The notes under the pieces were generated by a model. It was not told the DNA's origin and ran no database searches. It was given only the letters and a program-made list of their open reading frames with translations. Positions 35,461 through 45,679 of a stretch of 61,504 nt of DNA are shown here, piece by piece (positions within the stretch are counted from its first letter, which is position 1; every line of letters begins with the position of its first letter). Origin of the DNA: Sanchytrium tribonematis (Eukaryota); contig JADGIG010000009.1 of the NCBI GenBank assembly GCA_018985235.1, positions 1-61,504 of the forward strand, read 5' to 3'. Made by a program: the position numbers and the translations under genes.

Positions 35461-35498
35461 TCAAGTTAAAAATATTTTTTATATTTTTTGTAACAAGC

Positions 35499-36485
35499 AT
35501 GTCAACTGTTGGTTGGCTCTATATTTCTGCTGTAAAAGGCGTTGATTTAAAAATAAAAGGAATTACATCTCATCCTGCAATACGATTTCAATTAGATTAC
35601 ATTAAAAAAACTACAAAACCAGATAAGAAGAATAAGGTCAATCCAACATTCACAGAGGTTTTTGAATTTGAACTACTTGAGCATCATCAATCTATAAGAA
35701 TAGAATTATTGGGTAAATCTATGAATGATGAGCACGTCTTCGGGAGATCAGACATAGATTTGAGAGAAATCAAAAATCGAAAAAAGGCAGAGCTTTGGGT
35801 GCCTATAAAACATCCCACAAAGGCAAAAGAGAACGGCAAAGTCTTGATCAAAATGGAGTATATTACTGATAGAGAGAAAAAAATAAGCGAAGGCGATCTT
35901 TCAGAGGCAGTGCCTCGGCCACAACCCCAAGTTTTTCAACGACCATCTTCTAACCAATTTCAAAGACCACCACCGAATTTTCAAAGGCCTAGCCCAGGTC
36001 CAAGGGGACCTCCTTTTGCTAGGCCGCCACAAAATTATCCAAATCCTGGTGATTTTCATCCAAGTGGTAACCCCCAATATGATTATAGACCTAATTCTAA
36101 TCAGTATTATCCACCTCAACAATACGATGGCTATTATGGCCCCCCTCCTCAACATCAATATTACTACCCGCCACCGACCCAGCCTATGGATGAGTACGGA
36201 ATGTATGGACATCCGCTTCGACCGGAACAAAGGCCTAGTCAGCCCGAATTTGATTTACCTAGACCCGAATACACTCCTCCATTTAGGGGATATCCTGGAA
36301 ATGGGCCTCCACAGCCTTATGGAGTTCCTCCTCAAAACTACCAACATTTAGAGCCAAGAATAGCTCCAAGACCAGCACCGCCTCCAAAAACTGGACCCCC
36401 GAACTTTGCGAGTAGTGGCGGTAAAAAATACTATCAACCTCCAGAGACAGCCAGGCCCAATCCTTATCGACCGCGCCCACAATAA
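35499..36485 (+). CDS. C2-domain plus proline-rich protein (Inn1/Fic1-like)
   Basis: N-terminal C2 domain (NPTFTEVFEF...GRSDIDL) and a PxxP/PPxY-rich tail. Confidence 0.7.
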   Translation: MSTVGWLYISAVKGVDLKIKGITSHPAIRFQLDYIKKTTKPDKKNKVNPTFTEVFEFELLEHHQSIRIELLGKSMNDEHVFGRSDIDLREIKNRKKAELWVPIKHPTKAKENGKVLIKMEYITDREKKISEGDLSEAVPRPQPQVFQRPSSNQFQRPPPNFQRPSPGPRGPPFARPPQNYPNPGDFHPSGNPQYDYRPNSNQYYPPQQYDGYYGPPPQHQYYYPPPTQPMDEYGMYGHPLRPEQRPSQPEFDLPRPEYTPPFRGYPGNGPPQPYGVPPQNYQHLEPRIAPRPAPPPKTGPPNFASSGGKKYYQPPETARPNPYRPRPQ

Positions 36486-36904
36486 ATTGCTGATAATCTA
36501 ATCTGATTTGTTATTGAATTGTTTGATAGATAAATTTTTTAATATAGATGCGTATTCAAGATTTATTCAGTCATAATCACGGGCTCTGTTACTAGTATTG
36601 TCATCAATGGCACTCTTACCACCGAATAAGGAAAGATGTAGATGGATTGTTATATAATTTAAGTGCCTTTACCGAGAATCTCTTACCATGATCAGAATAT
36701 GGGACAATGACTCTCATATCACCTATAGCTATGGGTTCGTGACACTCACTTCATTTCCTCGTGTATATGTATATTTTAAAGAGGCCTGTGCGTTGAGAGT
36801 TTCTGCATGATTTTATTGAAAACGCTGAGAATGCGGTTTTGATTACAATAACAGTAGAAGAAGACTCTCTAGATAATAAGGGGTTATTCTGAGAGGACAA
36901 AGAC

Positions 36905-37005
36905 TTTCCCAATTCCTCCTTTAAATTCTGGACTGGAAAATTTTGCAAGTAGTGGTGGTGGAGTATTACCAGCCTTCAGAAGCAGTTGACCTAGCTTTTA
37001 TCGGC
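36905..37005 (+). pseudogene. Degenerate copy of the 3' end of the upstream C2/Pro-rich gene
   Basis: Reads PIPPLNSGLENFASSGG, then after a frameshift YYQPSEA, versus PAPPPKTGPPNFASSGGKKYYQPPET in the intact gene. Confidence 0.55.
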
Positions 37006-37066
37006 TACTCTTGTAATATTTTAACGCTCATCTTTTTTGATTCGAAACAATATTTCTGGGATTGAT

Positions 37067-37477
37067 ATGAATCGCTCCAACAGTCAAAGAGATGATAATG
37101 TTACTCCTAAAAAGAGGAAGATATATCATGAAATTAGAAATGACTTTTCAGAGTCACACATAGATAACTATTTAAGACAAAAATTTCAAGAAATGCATAG
37201 TTCCTACTTCGACCAAATGATAAATATGGCACAGCAAATTTCTAAACTTCAAGAAAAAGTGGCTAATTTAGAATCAGTAGTTGCAAGTAACTCTAATGCT
37301 AAGAGGGAGAACAATAATGTTCAGTGTATCATATGTGTAGATGATTGTACAGGACCAGTCATGACTTCTTGTGGACACATATTTTGTGAAAACTGCCTTA
37401 CTAAGTGGCTAGAAGTTCAAAATGTCTGTCCCACTTGCCGCAACAATAATTTAGTGTTTAACAAATTATTTGTCTAA
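37067..37477 (+). CDS. C3HC4 RING-finger E3 ligase
   Basis: CIIC...CGHIFCENC...CPTCR preceded by a coiled coil. Confidence 0.88.
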   Translation: MNRSNSQRDDNVTPKKRKIYHEIRNDFSESHIDNYLRQKFQEMHSSYFDQMINMAQQISKLQEKVANLESVVASNSNAKRENNNVQCIICVDDCTGPVMTSCGHIFCENCLTKWLEVQNVCPTCRNNNLVFNKLFV

Positions 37478-37557
37478 ATATTGCTCGTCGACCCAAAACT
37501 ACAATTAATGCTTCATTTAAAATTTTGAAGTCTTCAGTAAATTTATTAGTTTAATAA

Positions 37558-38007
37558 TCAAGCTGCAACTGCAGGTTCGGCTTGCATTTGTTGGGATGAA
37601 GACATCAAACGATTAGCAGAAAACATCAGCCCTTCAATTCCCGCTAAAATGAGGCCCCCAAATAAAGCATTCATGGACATCGCGGCAAGGCCAGATCTCG
37701 AAGCAAGAACTGCACCTGTTAGGGCACCGGCAGATACAGGTGTCCAAAAGTCTTCCTTTTGTCTGTAACTTGTCAAACCACATTCAAAAGCAGAAAATAG
37801 TCCTGCCCAGGCAGCGAAATTACCGCCTAGTATCGGTGCTCTGAATTGGACCGCCGTTAAAGACGATCTTAATTTGTCATGTGCTGGAGCATGGCGATAC
37901 CCTTTGATTGCATGGAGAATTGCTCCACCAATTAATCCCATACTATATGCACCTCCCAAATCATTCACAATTGTCCAAGGGCATTTGTCTCGAGATCTAT
38001 TTCTCAT
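37558..38007 (-). CDS. TIM17: Mitochondrial translocase Tim17
   Basis: SRDKCPW.I..D.GGA, RAPILGGNFA.W and RQKED.W. Confidence 0.93.
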   Translation of the reverse strand: MRNRSRDKCPWTIVNDLGGAYSMGLIGGAILHAIKGYRHAPAHDKLRSSLTAVQFRAPILGGNFAAWAGLFSAFECGLTSYRQKEDFWTPVSAGALTGAVLASRSGLAAMSMNALFGGLILAGIEGLMFSANRLMSSSQQMQAEPAVAA

Positions 38008-38037
38008 ATTTGGTTTGTTTTCTCCTTTTGTGCTTCC

Positions 38038-38589
38038 ATGATTTTAGCCAGTGGAAGTCCTAGAAGAAAAGAGTTGTTATCGCTATTAGGGAAGCCATTT
38101 AAAGTTTTAGTCAGTAATGTTGATGAGAATTTGGACGAAAGAGACCCAGAAAAACTTGTCATCGAGTTAGCTAAATTGAAGGCGGTATCTGTGAAAAATA
38201 TTTTACAAGATGATTTCGAATGCATTATAGCAGCTGATACAATTGTTTGTGTAGATGATCTCATTCTAGGCAAACCAAAAAACTCAGAAGAAAATTTAGA
38301 CATGTTGAATTTAATGAATAATCGAAGCCATTTTGTCATCACCGGCGTAGCTATTTTGAGGAAGAATGACTCTAATGTTGAAACATTTTTTGAAAAGACT
38401 CTGGTTGAGTTTGGAAATAATAGCCAAAGTCTTCTTGAATATGTTGTCCAAACTGGGGATGGTTTAGACAAAGCGGGTGGTTACGGTATACAATCTATAG
38501 GCAGTGTATTAATTAGAAAGATAACAGGATGTTATAGTAATGTGATGGGTCTTCCAATTCACCAACTTCAAATTCGACTTGATAAGTAA
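38038..38589 (+). CDS. Maf/YhdE-family nucleotide pyrophosphatase
   Basis: ILASGSPRR, ADTIV...ILGKP, DKAGGYGIQ and NVMGLP. Confidence 0.92.
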   Translation: MILASGSPRRKELLSLLGKPFKVLVSNVDENLDERDPEKLVIELAKLKAVSVKNILQDDFECIIAADTIVCVDDLILGKPKNSEENLDMLNLMNNRSHFVITGVAILRKNDSNVETFFEKTLVEFGNNSQSLLEYVVQTGDGLDKAGGYGIQSIGSVLIRKITGCYSNVMGLPIHQLQIRLDK

Positions 38590-38602
38590 ATTTATAATTA
38601 AA

Positions 38603-39184
38603 TTAATCCTCTGGTTTATTCAGTCTGTTGATAAACAGCCAACCTAAGCTCGCCAATCCACAGAAACCAGCACCTCTAATAGCAGCCGCACTTCCTCTAG
38701 GGGCTCTTACGATAAGTCCACTGGTGATAGCACCCAGTATAGTTGCATTAGTATTACCGAGTCCTAATTCTGAGAATGAGAACCTTCCTATGTTATAAAC
38801 AGTCACAAGAGATCCAAAGAGATTTCCAAAATAAGGTCCTTTTGTCGTCATTTTCGTCAACATTTGAGAATATCTCACTGAAAGTGAATTTGTTTGCAGT
38901 TGCATGCGAGAACCTTCAAAGGCACCCCATGCAGCCCCACCAGCAAGTCCAGCCAAGTAAGTGAATCCTACGCCGTAGCAAAGATCGTCACTAAAATTAC
39001 GGCTCGGTACAAATGTACCACTTTTTGCTTCTCCTTCGACTGGAGGAATTAATTCCAAATTGGGTGAAAAATCAAAAGTCTTAAGTCTTTCTTTTACTTC
39101 TGGCGCTAGTGAATCGAATGCTTGTTCTATACTTACGGCGGGATTAAATTGTTGCTGGACGTCAGTTTTCGCTCTATTGTCCAT
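38603..39184 (-). CDS. TIM23: Mitochondrial translocase Tim23
   Basis: PSRNFSDDLCYGVG..YL.GL..G..WG and T.KGP..GN..G. Confidence 0.9.
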   Translation of the reverse strand: MDNRAKTDVQQQFNPAVSIEQAFDSLAPEVKERLKTFDFSPNLELIPPVEGEAKSGTFVPSRNFSDDLCYGVGFTYLAGLAGGAAWGAFEGSRMQLQTNSLSVRYSQMLTKMTTKGPYFGNLFGSLVTVYNIGRFSFSELGLGNTNATILGAITSGLIVRAPRGSAAAIRGAGFCGLASLGWLFINRLNKPED

Positions 39185-39329
39185 ATGTTTTATCCCTAAA
39201 TTTTTGAGATTTAACTGAAAATCCTTGAAGAGATATAATCTTTCATAAATCTTATACTGCGTAGCGACTACCTAGTTTGTTTGCTAAAGAAATAGACACT
39301 TCATAATAGACGGGGCAGATTAGAAACGA

Positions 39330-39755
39330 ATGAATTTTGAAGACGCAAAATGGAATTCACCAGAACAAGTAGAGCCCAAATCAATTTATGATGATTTGCA
39401 AACACCTATAAAAAATACAGTTTTTGAACCTAAAATTTTACCTCGCAATGACTCTAGACATTCAATTGGAATGCTGCCCCACACTGTGGCTGTATTTGGA
39501 TATTTGCCAGAAGAAGAATCTAACATAGAATCTATGATTAAGAAATCAGGGAATGTTGTTGATACGAAAAGAGACAATTTCTGCATATATTTTACTTTTT
39601 CAACACATTTAGGAGCCGAAAATGCACTAAAACACCATATGACAATAGTTGGTAAATCAAGAATTGCCGTAGAACTTCAAAAGGCTGATATCCAGGTGAG
39701 TCCAGATGCTTTAGAAAGAAATAGTTGGTTTTCATGGATTCCAGGATTCTATTAA
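39330..39755 (+). CDS. Nup53/Nup35-like RRM nucleoporin (minimal)
   Basis: VAVFGY, IYFTFS...A..AL, and a C-terminal amphipathic WFSWIPGF. Confidence 0.65.
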   Translation: MNFEDAKWNSPEQVEPKSIYDDLQTPIKNTVFEPKILPRNDSRHSIGMLPHTVAVFGYLPEEESNIESMIKKSGNVVDTKRDNFCIYFTFSTHLGAENALKHHMTIVGKSRIAVELQKADIQVSPDALERNSWFSWIPGFY

Positions 39756-39787
39756 TAAATTTATTTAATGAACATTATTAAAGGTTT

Positions 39788-40042
39788 TCAAGAGTCTGGT
39801 AGCGACACAAACTCTCCATCTTCCATATCATAGCAATCAATTGATGCTGCGGAAACAGTGGCTACATGGATATCTGGAATTTTCTCGCTCATTTTTGGTT
39901 GCGTTGGCTTAACTCCACTTAAAAGTTTATATTTTTTCTGGCATTCAAAGCAAACCGGTTTGGTTTTTACCTTTAATGTTCTTTTTGTGAAATCGCTTCT
40001 TCTTTTCGGTCCACAAAAATTACAATCAATTGTATCATTCAT
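39788..40042 (-). CDS. Small CxxC...CxxC protein
   Basis: 84-aa ORF with two CxxC pairs. Confidence 0.55.
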   Translation of the reverse strand: MNDTIDCNFCGPKRRSDFTKRTLKVKTKPVCFECQKKYKLLSGVKPTQPKMSEKIPDIHVATVSAASIDCYDMEDGEFVSLPDS

Positions 40043-40322
40043 TGTTTTAAGGGATGAGTTTACCTGTATAATGTAATAAAACTTTTAGCCAATATATTAT
40101 TAATAAGTTTCGTTCCGATTTTTCTGATTGCATAATTACGTAAGAGAAACAATGTTTTTTTTACGAAATAAGGATTAAATTATTACTTGTGTGGGCATTC
40201 ATTTTGCAATTTCAAATCTTATCTGTTCCAAAAACCACACTTTATCCTTTTATGGTGAAAACATGTTTAGAAAACTAATTCGAAATTTAAAAAATTGCTG
40301 AAAAATTAAAGCTCCTTGTAAC

Positions 40323-40943
40323 ATGAGGTTTTCATTGTCGAATGTTACAAAAAATTTGGTGGCTCGAAATTTACCAGAAAAAAGCAAATTTATTTTTACG
40401 GGAGAAAAAGGCAGTGGAAAAAGTAGTATACTCTTTCAATATCTTTCAAAAAAAGAATCATCAGGTGCTAAAGTCACTCTGATTGATGCTGAAAAATTAA
40501 TTAATGGACACAGGCGTTATCAATATACTGATGGAAAGTATTTTCTAGATCTGGATTTTCTAAAGACCTCTTTTGTTGGTATAGATAATGTAAATGCATT
40601 TTTAGGGTACACTGAATATTCCAGCATTGACAATAAGCCACTTCATTCTCTTGACTTTGAGAATATTAAACTTTTACTTCAGTCTAACAATTTTGTGGGA
40701 GCAGAATCAGGTACTCTTGTGGTAAAAAAATTGCGAAATTGTGCTAAAAATTTATCGGTTTATAACAATGTTCCAAAAGTCACAGTGACGAGTTTGACTA
40801 AACCACAAATAAGTGAGCTATTGGCAACGACTGCTGATGCCAAAGATACTAATTTAAGTCGGCTTTTACTTTTGACTGGCGGGCTTCCAAGAGAGATTAA
40901 TAGATCGATTCCACTTGAAAATTTAGGCCGGTCAATTGTTTAA
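40323..40943 (+). CDS. Mitoribosomal mS29/DAP3-like P-loop protein, strongly shortened
   Basis: GEKGSGKS.IL.Q, VGIDNVNAF and LLLTGGLPREI, with a presequence-like start. Confidence 0.7.
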   Translation: MRFSLSNVTKNLVARNLPEKSKFIFTGEKGSGKSSILFQYLSKKESSGAKVTLIDAEKLINGHRRYQYTDGKYFLDLDFLKTSFVGIDNVNAFLGYTEYSSIDNKPLHSLDFENIKLLLQSNNFVGAESGTLVVKKLRNCAKNLSVYNNVPKVTVTSLTKPQISELLATTADAKDTNLSRLLLLTGGLPREINRSIPLENLGRSIV

Positions 40944-41034
40944 TAACGTTATTGATTTGCAAAAATAAATAGCAATTACGTATACTTCCATATAGATTCG
41001 ACATTCTCCATTGTTTCATATAATCTGTTATTGA

Positions 41035-41607
41035 ATGAAAAGAGTTATTGACAATATAAGCCCTACCAACAGGAGGAAATCTATAAAATTAATAGACTTC
41101 ACAACTCCAGATAAAGATGAATCAGAAAATATTGCACATATACAGCAAGATCTATTAACATTCGAGGATCAACCTCCTCCATTACAATTAGAATTGCAAA
41201 ACCAACTAAAAGAAACCGAAAACGAGCTATATTCCTTGAAAACTTTATATGAAGAGCAGCAGCTAATTGTCAACACTTATAGACAAAAAGAGCATACCAC
41301 AAATGAATTAATATCTAATATGAAAAAAGATATGATTATTTTGGAAAACAATCTTTCTCAACTACAATCTAAAACTGAAGAAAAGCTACTAGAAGCAAAA
41401 AACGAATTATTGTATCCGAAAGAAAATCAAAAAGTTGAACTCAAAGCTTACAAAGATAGAGAAGCATTGACAAAGAAGAATATTTTAAGGCTTGAAAAAA
41501 GAGCGCAAATGGCAGAAGCTCAACTAAGTGATACAACACAGATATGTAATGAGCTCATGCTGTATTTTAGCGCGAAGGATGCTGAACAAGACAACCTTCT
41601 CGATTAG
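41035..41607 (+). CDS. Coiled-coil protein, possibly TACC-like
   Basis: Long coiled coil ending TTQICNELM, similar to TACC LTKICDELI. Confidence 0.5.
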   Translation: MKRVIDNISPTNRRKSIKLIDFTTPDKDESENIAHIQQDLLTFEDQPPPLQLELQNQLKETENELYSLKTLYEEQQLIVNTYRQKEHTTNELISNMKKDMIILENNLSQLQSKTEEKLLEAKNELLYPKENQKVELKAYKDREALTKKNILRLEKRAQMAEAQLSDTTQICNELMLYFSAKDAEQDNLLD

Positions 41608-41622
41608 TAAGTAAAGGCATTG

Positions 41623-43071
41623 TTATTTATTCTTGAAAACATGCCGTTTCAATTGGACGAAGCCAACACCAGGCACCATCTTCTTTTCCTTTAACTTAAG
41701 TTCCATGGCTGCTGATAATTCTTTGCTTTGGTTTCCGATTGTCTGCACTGAAAGGGAAGATGAACCTGAACTGAGATGAATTGAAGCATCAAAATCGTGA
41801 GGAAAATTCCCGAAATACGTTTCAACTTTGTCCTTGACGTGTTGTGCAAACCCACTGATCCAAAATATTCTTTCATTTAAATAAGATCCATATATTTCAG
41901 ATTTAAGTGATTCTCCATTAGCAAAATGAAACAAAGCAAAGAGATTCACTAGTTCTCTAGGCGAAAGCATATTGCATGAAGGCAACAAAAACTCTTGGTA
42001 AGTTTTAGCGATATTTTCAAAAGAATCTGGGGTTAATGACATCAAATCCTCATTTTTGGCTATAGTTTGAACTTCATTGTAAAATTCTAGATTATCTTTG
42101 AGCAAATCAATACCGTGAAAAACTTCCAACGATTGAGGATATCCAACAGTATAGTTACCTCCATTCAGCCACTTCTCGACTAATGGCGTGAGCTTAAGGG
42201 AAACACTCATACTATTAAGTTCCATTTCGTCGCTCACTTCTTTGAATTCTTGAATAGAGAGACCTGATACTGATTTCAGAGCGGACTTTAAATCGTCCAC
42301 AAGCTTCTCGTCTTTGCTTTCGTCAATTGCAAGATAAATTTTTTCAATTAAAGTTTTTTTTTCAGCCTCAACTTGTTTAATATCCACATCTAGTACAGAA
42401 AAAACAAAATGGCCTGCTTTGTTTTTGGAACATTCTTTGAATTTTCTATAATCAAATGCATTTGGATCCTCTGGTGAAAACTCTTCTTGAGTTTTCTGGT
42501 ATGGACTATTTCTGGCATTCCCAGAATCTCTGTCATTAGATTTTCTATCGTACGGTGTCCTCGGCCTTTCTGAGCCTCTCTCTCGTCTATCTGTATTACG
42601 AATTCGATCACTGCCTCGAGACCTTTCGGATCTAGCAAATTTTTCATTTGAATGTTTAGAGTCACGAGAAATCGACTCATCTACCTGTTTCTCATGTGGT
42701 TCTTTTTGCCTTGGAAAATAATTTTCCTTGCGTTGTTCCTGATCATTTTGAGGTACTCGCTTACTATTACGATCAGTTTCGTCTCTTCTTTGCTTTTTAC
42801 TTGGCTCTTCACGACTATCACTTGCAACCCTTTTTGGAAGTGTTTGTCGCGGCTTTAAATCGGGTCGGCATTCTAGTGCAATTTTAGTGCATATCTCTTC
42901 ATCGCAATTTGTCAAAAATTCGGCCAACTTTTCTTGAAAATAATCAACCCATTGTTTTAATGTTGTAAATTGCTCTTCTTTTTGTAAAGCATCAATATAT
43001 TCAATAAGTACCTCCACATCTGCCAAGGCTCTATTAGACAACAATTTTTTGAAATTGTCCGTGAAAGTCAT
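41623..43071 (-). CDS. Hypothetical protein with PWI-like N-terminus and R/S/D-rich region
   Basis: 482-aa ORF; ADVEVLIEYIDAL followed by an RS/RD-rich segment. Confidence 0.6.
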   Translation of the reverse strand: MTFTDNFKKLLSNRALADVEVLIEYIDALQKEEQFTTLKQWVDYFQEKLAEFLTNCDEEICTKIALECRPDLKPRQTLPKRVASDSREEPSKKQRRDETDRNSKRVPQNDQEQRKENYFPRQKEPHEKQVDESISRDSKHSNEKFARSERSRGSDRIRNTDRRERGSERPRTPYDRKSNDRDSGNARNSPYQKTQEEFSPEDPNAFDYRKFKECSKNKAGHFVFSVLDVDIKQVEAEKKTLIEKIYLAIDESKDEKLVDDLKSALKSVSGLSIQEFKEVSDEMELNSMSVSLKLTPLVEKWLNGGNYTVGYPQSLEVFHGIDLLKDNLEFYNEVQTIAKNEDLMSLTPDSFENIAKTYQEFLLPSCNMLSPRELVNLFALFHFANGESLKSEIYGSYLNERIFWISGFAQHVKDKVETYFGNFPHDFDASIHLSSGSSSLSVQTIGNQSKELSAAMELKLKEKKMVPGVGFVQLKRHVFKNK

Positions 43072-43145
43072 TGTTTCGAAGGAGATAGTTTACTAAGGGT
43101 AAGTACTCAACACATATACATGAATCATCGAGAAATTATTTATTT

Positions 43146-43577
43146 TTATTGCCCTATGGCATTTAAAATAAGTTCAAAGTGAACTAAAATCATATTACCA
43201 TCATGGGAAATCTTCAAACCTAAGTCATTTTTGTAGTGCCTGCTGCGTCCAAACCATAAGGTAATGTTGTTACCTCGATGTTCTTTCAAGTAATCAGAGT
43301 CAAAAAAGGTTATACTAGGTTGCTCACTTAAATGAAAACTAAAATATTCTTCAATACGAAATTTAAATCCTAGAACCTTGTTCGTTAAAGTTTGCCGGCC
43401 ATTTTCAATTTGGCTGGTGATTGACATTATAGTTAAAGACGATATCTCGGACTCTAGCCGTTTCAATGCAAGGGCTCTGAAATTAAAGTCGGTTGCAGTC
43501 GAGAAATTCAAAATATCTCGTTCTGACATAAACTGTGTTAGATAAACCGCTATATCCATTGGCATTTCATTGATCAT
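43146..43577 (-). CDS. F-box-like protein
   Basis: MINEMPMDIAVYLTQFM..RDILNFS resembles an F-box. Confidence 0.55.
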   Translation of the reverse strand: MINEMPMDIAVYLTQFMSERDILNFSTATDFNFRALALKRLESEISSLTIMSITSQIENGRQTLTNKVLGFKFRIEEYFSFHLSEQPSITFFDSDYLKEHRGNNITLWFGRSRHYKNDLGLKISHDGNMILVHFELILNAIGQ

Positions 43578-43661
43578 AGAGAAATTAAACACGTTGTTAT
43601 TGTATATTACTTTATTAAACTTTGGCCAATAACATCGCAAATTTTTTTCAGTGGAAATTCT

Positions 43662-44415
43662 TTATGGAAACGCCTCAATAGGTGAGACATAACCATCTTC
43701 TATGCTTGGGGAATCTGTGTTATTTCCGGTTTTCTTGCAATTCATATCCTTTTTACTATTTTTTTTCTAAGTCAATTACAATTACCAATTCTAAATTTTC
43801 TAAGCGCATACGTTCTAATTCGGATTGTAAATCAATTATTTTGGATTCTAATTCCTTGACTCTTGAATCTTCCTCAAAAGACGATTTAGATTGCTTGTGC
43901 ATTTTAATTGATTGGAATAAATTTTGTTGTTTGCGTTTTGTAAATTCTTGTTTAAATTGAATTATAGAGCTCCGGAGCAATTGATTTTCCTCCTGCGCAA
44001 GTTCCAACAATTGTAGCCTTTCTTGGTATTGATGGATCGCTTGTACAAGCCGGCTGTTTTCTTCTTGTAAATCTTCAATTGTGTGGGGTTTAGATACCAT
44101 CAAAAATTCTTCGTCCTGTATTTCAGTAGCGTGGGCAGTTTTTTTCTTGTTTTTAAAATTGGTAGCGACTTTTCCCACTAAATCATCGATAACATCCCAA
44201 AATGAATATATAGACATGTGAAGGTCGTCCTTGTAAAATTCCTCTGGTGGATTATCCATGCCTTTTAATATATTAGCCTTCGTCTGAGATTCTTCAGCAA
44301 GTTCTGGCTGATTATTTGCGGCATATTTCGCAGACAATTCTTCTAATTGGTCTGCAGCCTTCTGGAACTGTCCATTCAATAGATATTGGTCAACTAAATT
44401 TTCTGCAGACTCCAT
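43662..44415 (-). CDS. MIT-like plus coiled-coil protein (Atg38/NRBF2-like); exons 44415-43786 and 43766-43662
   Basis: N-terminal helical bundle and C-terminal coiled coil; a consensus intron opens a 35-codon terminal exon. Confidence 0.55.
43767..43785 (-). other. 19-nt intron GTAATTGTAATTGACTTAG
   Basis: Exact match to the intron consensus. Confidence 0.8.
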
Positions 44416-44485
44416 TTGATGTTTCGTCCAAACTACTTTGCATAATTTTTATAAATAAAACACTAACCAATCATATACTCCTTGA

Positions 44486-45676
44486 ATGTTTTCCAGCGTT
44501 TTAGTAGCTTGTGGCAAATCCGAGCACAAATGTGGCTACTGCAAGAGTAAGAAAGGCAGCAAGAGTGTTGGAAATTGGGTCATATCTATGACATGCAGTG
44601 ATTACGAGACATTTATGAATCATGGCTTTAGACGAAGTGGAAAGTATCTTTACAAGCCATTAATGGAAACTTGCTGTCCACAATACACGATAAGAATGCC
44701 CCTTGATGAATTTTATCCGTCAAAGCAATTAAAAAGAGCCATAAATAAGTTGAACACCAAGTTTTTGATTGAAAACATTCCTTGTGTTGCGGAATTAAAG
44801 CGCCGCAATGGCAAAGTCATAAAAACACCCAACAGCGCAGATAAAGATTTGGGCCGAAAGGTACTTTTTGACGCACTTTATTTTGTTCCACAATCATGTT
44901 TGGATTCTCAAGTAGGAAGCAATCGCAAATTAATTTACAATTTAGAATATGAATTATTTAGGTCTAACGAAATTAATGTTCACCTGTGCCCTAGTCAATT
45001 TGATGCTGACACTTTTGAATTATACTGTAAATACCAATCTAGAGTCCACAACGATTTCGATAAATCCAGGGACGAATTTACAAATTTTCTAGTTGATCAT
45101 CCATTTGAATCAGAACCAATGCCCGCCGAGATTAAGAATCTTCAATTTAGAAATTGTGGCTTTGGTTTTTACCATTTGAAAATATATATTAAAGACTCTT
45201 TGAAAGCCGTGTCGTTTATTGACATACTTCCGTCTAATATTTCATCTGTTTACTGCATTTTTGAGAATGAAGGATATGAATGGGGAAAGATTGCTGCTTG
45301 CTATGAGATTTATGTGGGACAGCAGTTATCTCTTCAAATTCCAACGATAAAATACTATTACTTGGGCTATTATATTGAATCCTGTATAAAAATGAAGTAC
45401 AAGAGTACTTATCAGCCTTGTTACATCATGGATCCCTTTAATTATACTTTCGTTTTGTTAAGTAATGCATTGCCTTATATCAAAAATTCAAGTAAGTATA
45501 CCAACTTTGCTGTTACTGATTCAACGCAAGATAATTTTCGAAAAAATGACGTATTTGTGTCACATCAAGGCAAATTGTATTCAGCGCCTGATTTGGTTGA
45601 GACTGACAAAACACAGGACGTACTAGCCTCACTCAAACACTTGCCAGATATAAAATGTTTATTCTTGTTGAACTAA
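44486..45676 (+). CDS. ATE1: Arginyl-tRNA-protein transferase
   Basis: CGYCK, GFRRSGKYLYKP...CCPQYTIR, YQ..VH and YYYLGYYI..C.KMKYK. Confidence 0.95.
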   Translation: MFSSVLVACGKSEHKCGYCKSKKGSKSVGNWVISMTCSDYETFMNHGFRRSGKYLYKPLMETCCPQYTIRMPLDEFYPSKQLKRAINKLNTKFLIENIPCVAELKRRNGKVIKTPNSADKDLGRKVLFDALYFVPQSCLDSQVGSNRKLIYNLEYELFRSNEINVHLCPSQFDADTFELYCKYQSRVHNDFDKSRDEFTNFLVDHPFESEPMPAEIKNLQFRNCGFGFYHLKIYIKDSLKAVSFIDILPSNISSVYCIFENEGYEWGKIAACYEIYVGQQLSLQIPTIKYYYLGYYIESCIKMKYKSTYQPCYIMDPFNYTFVLLSNALPYIKNSSKYTNFAVTDSTQDNFRKNDVFVSHQGKLYSAPDLVETDKTQDVLASLKHLPDIKCLFLLN

Positions 45677-45679
45677 AAT

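Noticed and set aside
36664..36676. GCCTTTAC resembling U5 snRNA loop 1
   Set aside because: It is one T short of the consensus and has no flanking stem.
40263..40322. In-frame upstream ATG peptide separated from the DAP3-like ORF by one TGA (readthrough or Sec?)
   Set aside because: The downstream ATG has the CTCCTTG motif and its own presequence-like start; there is no SECIS evidence.
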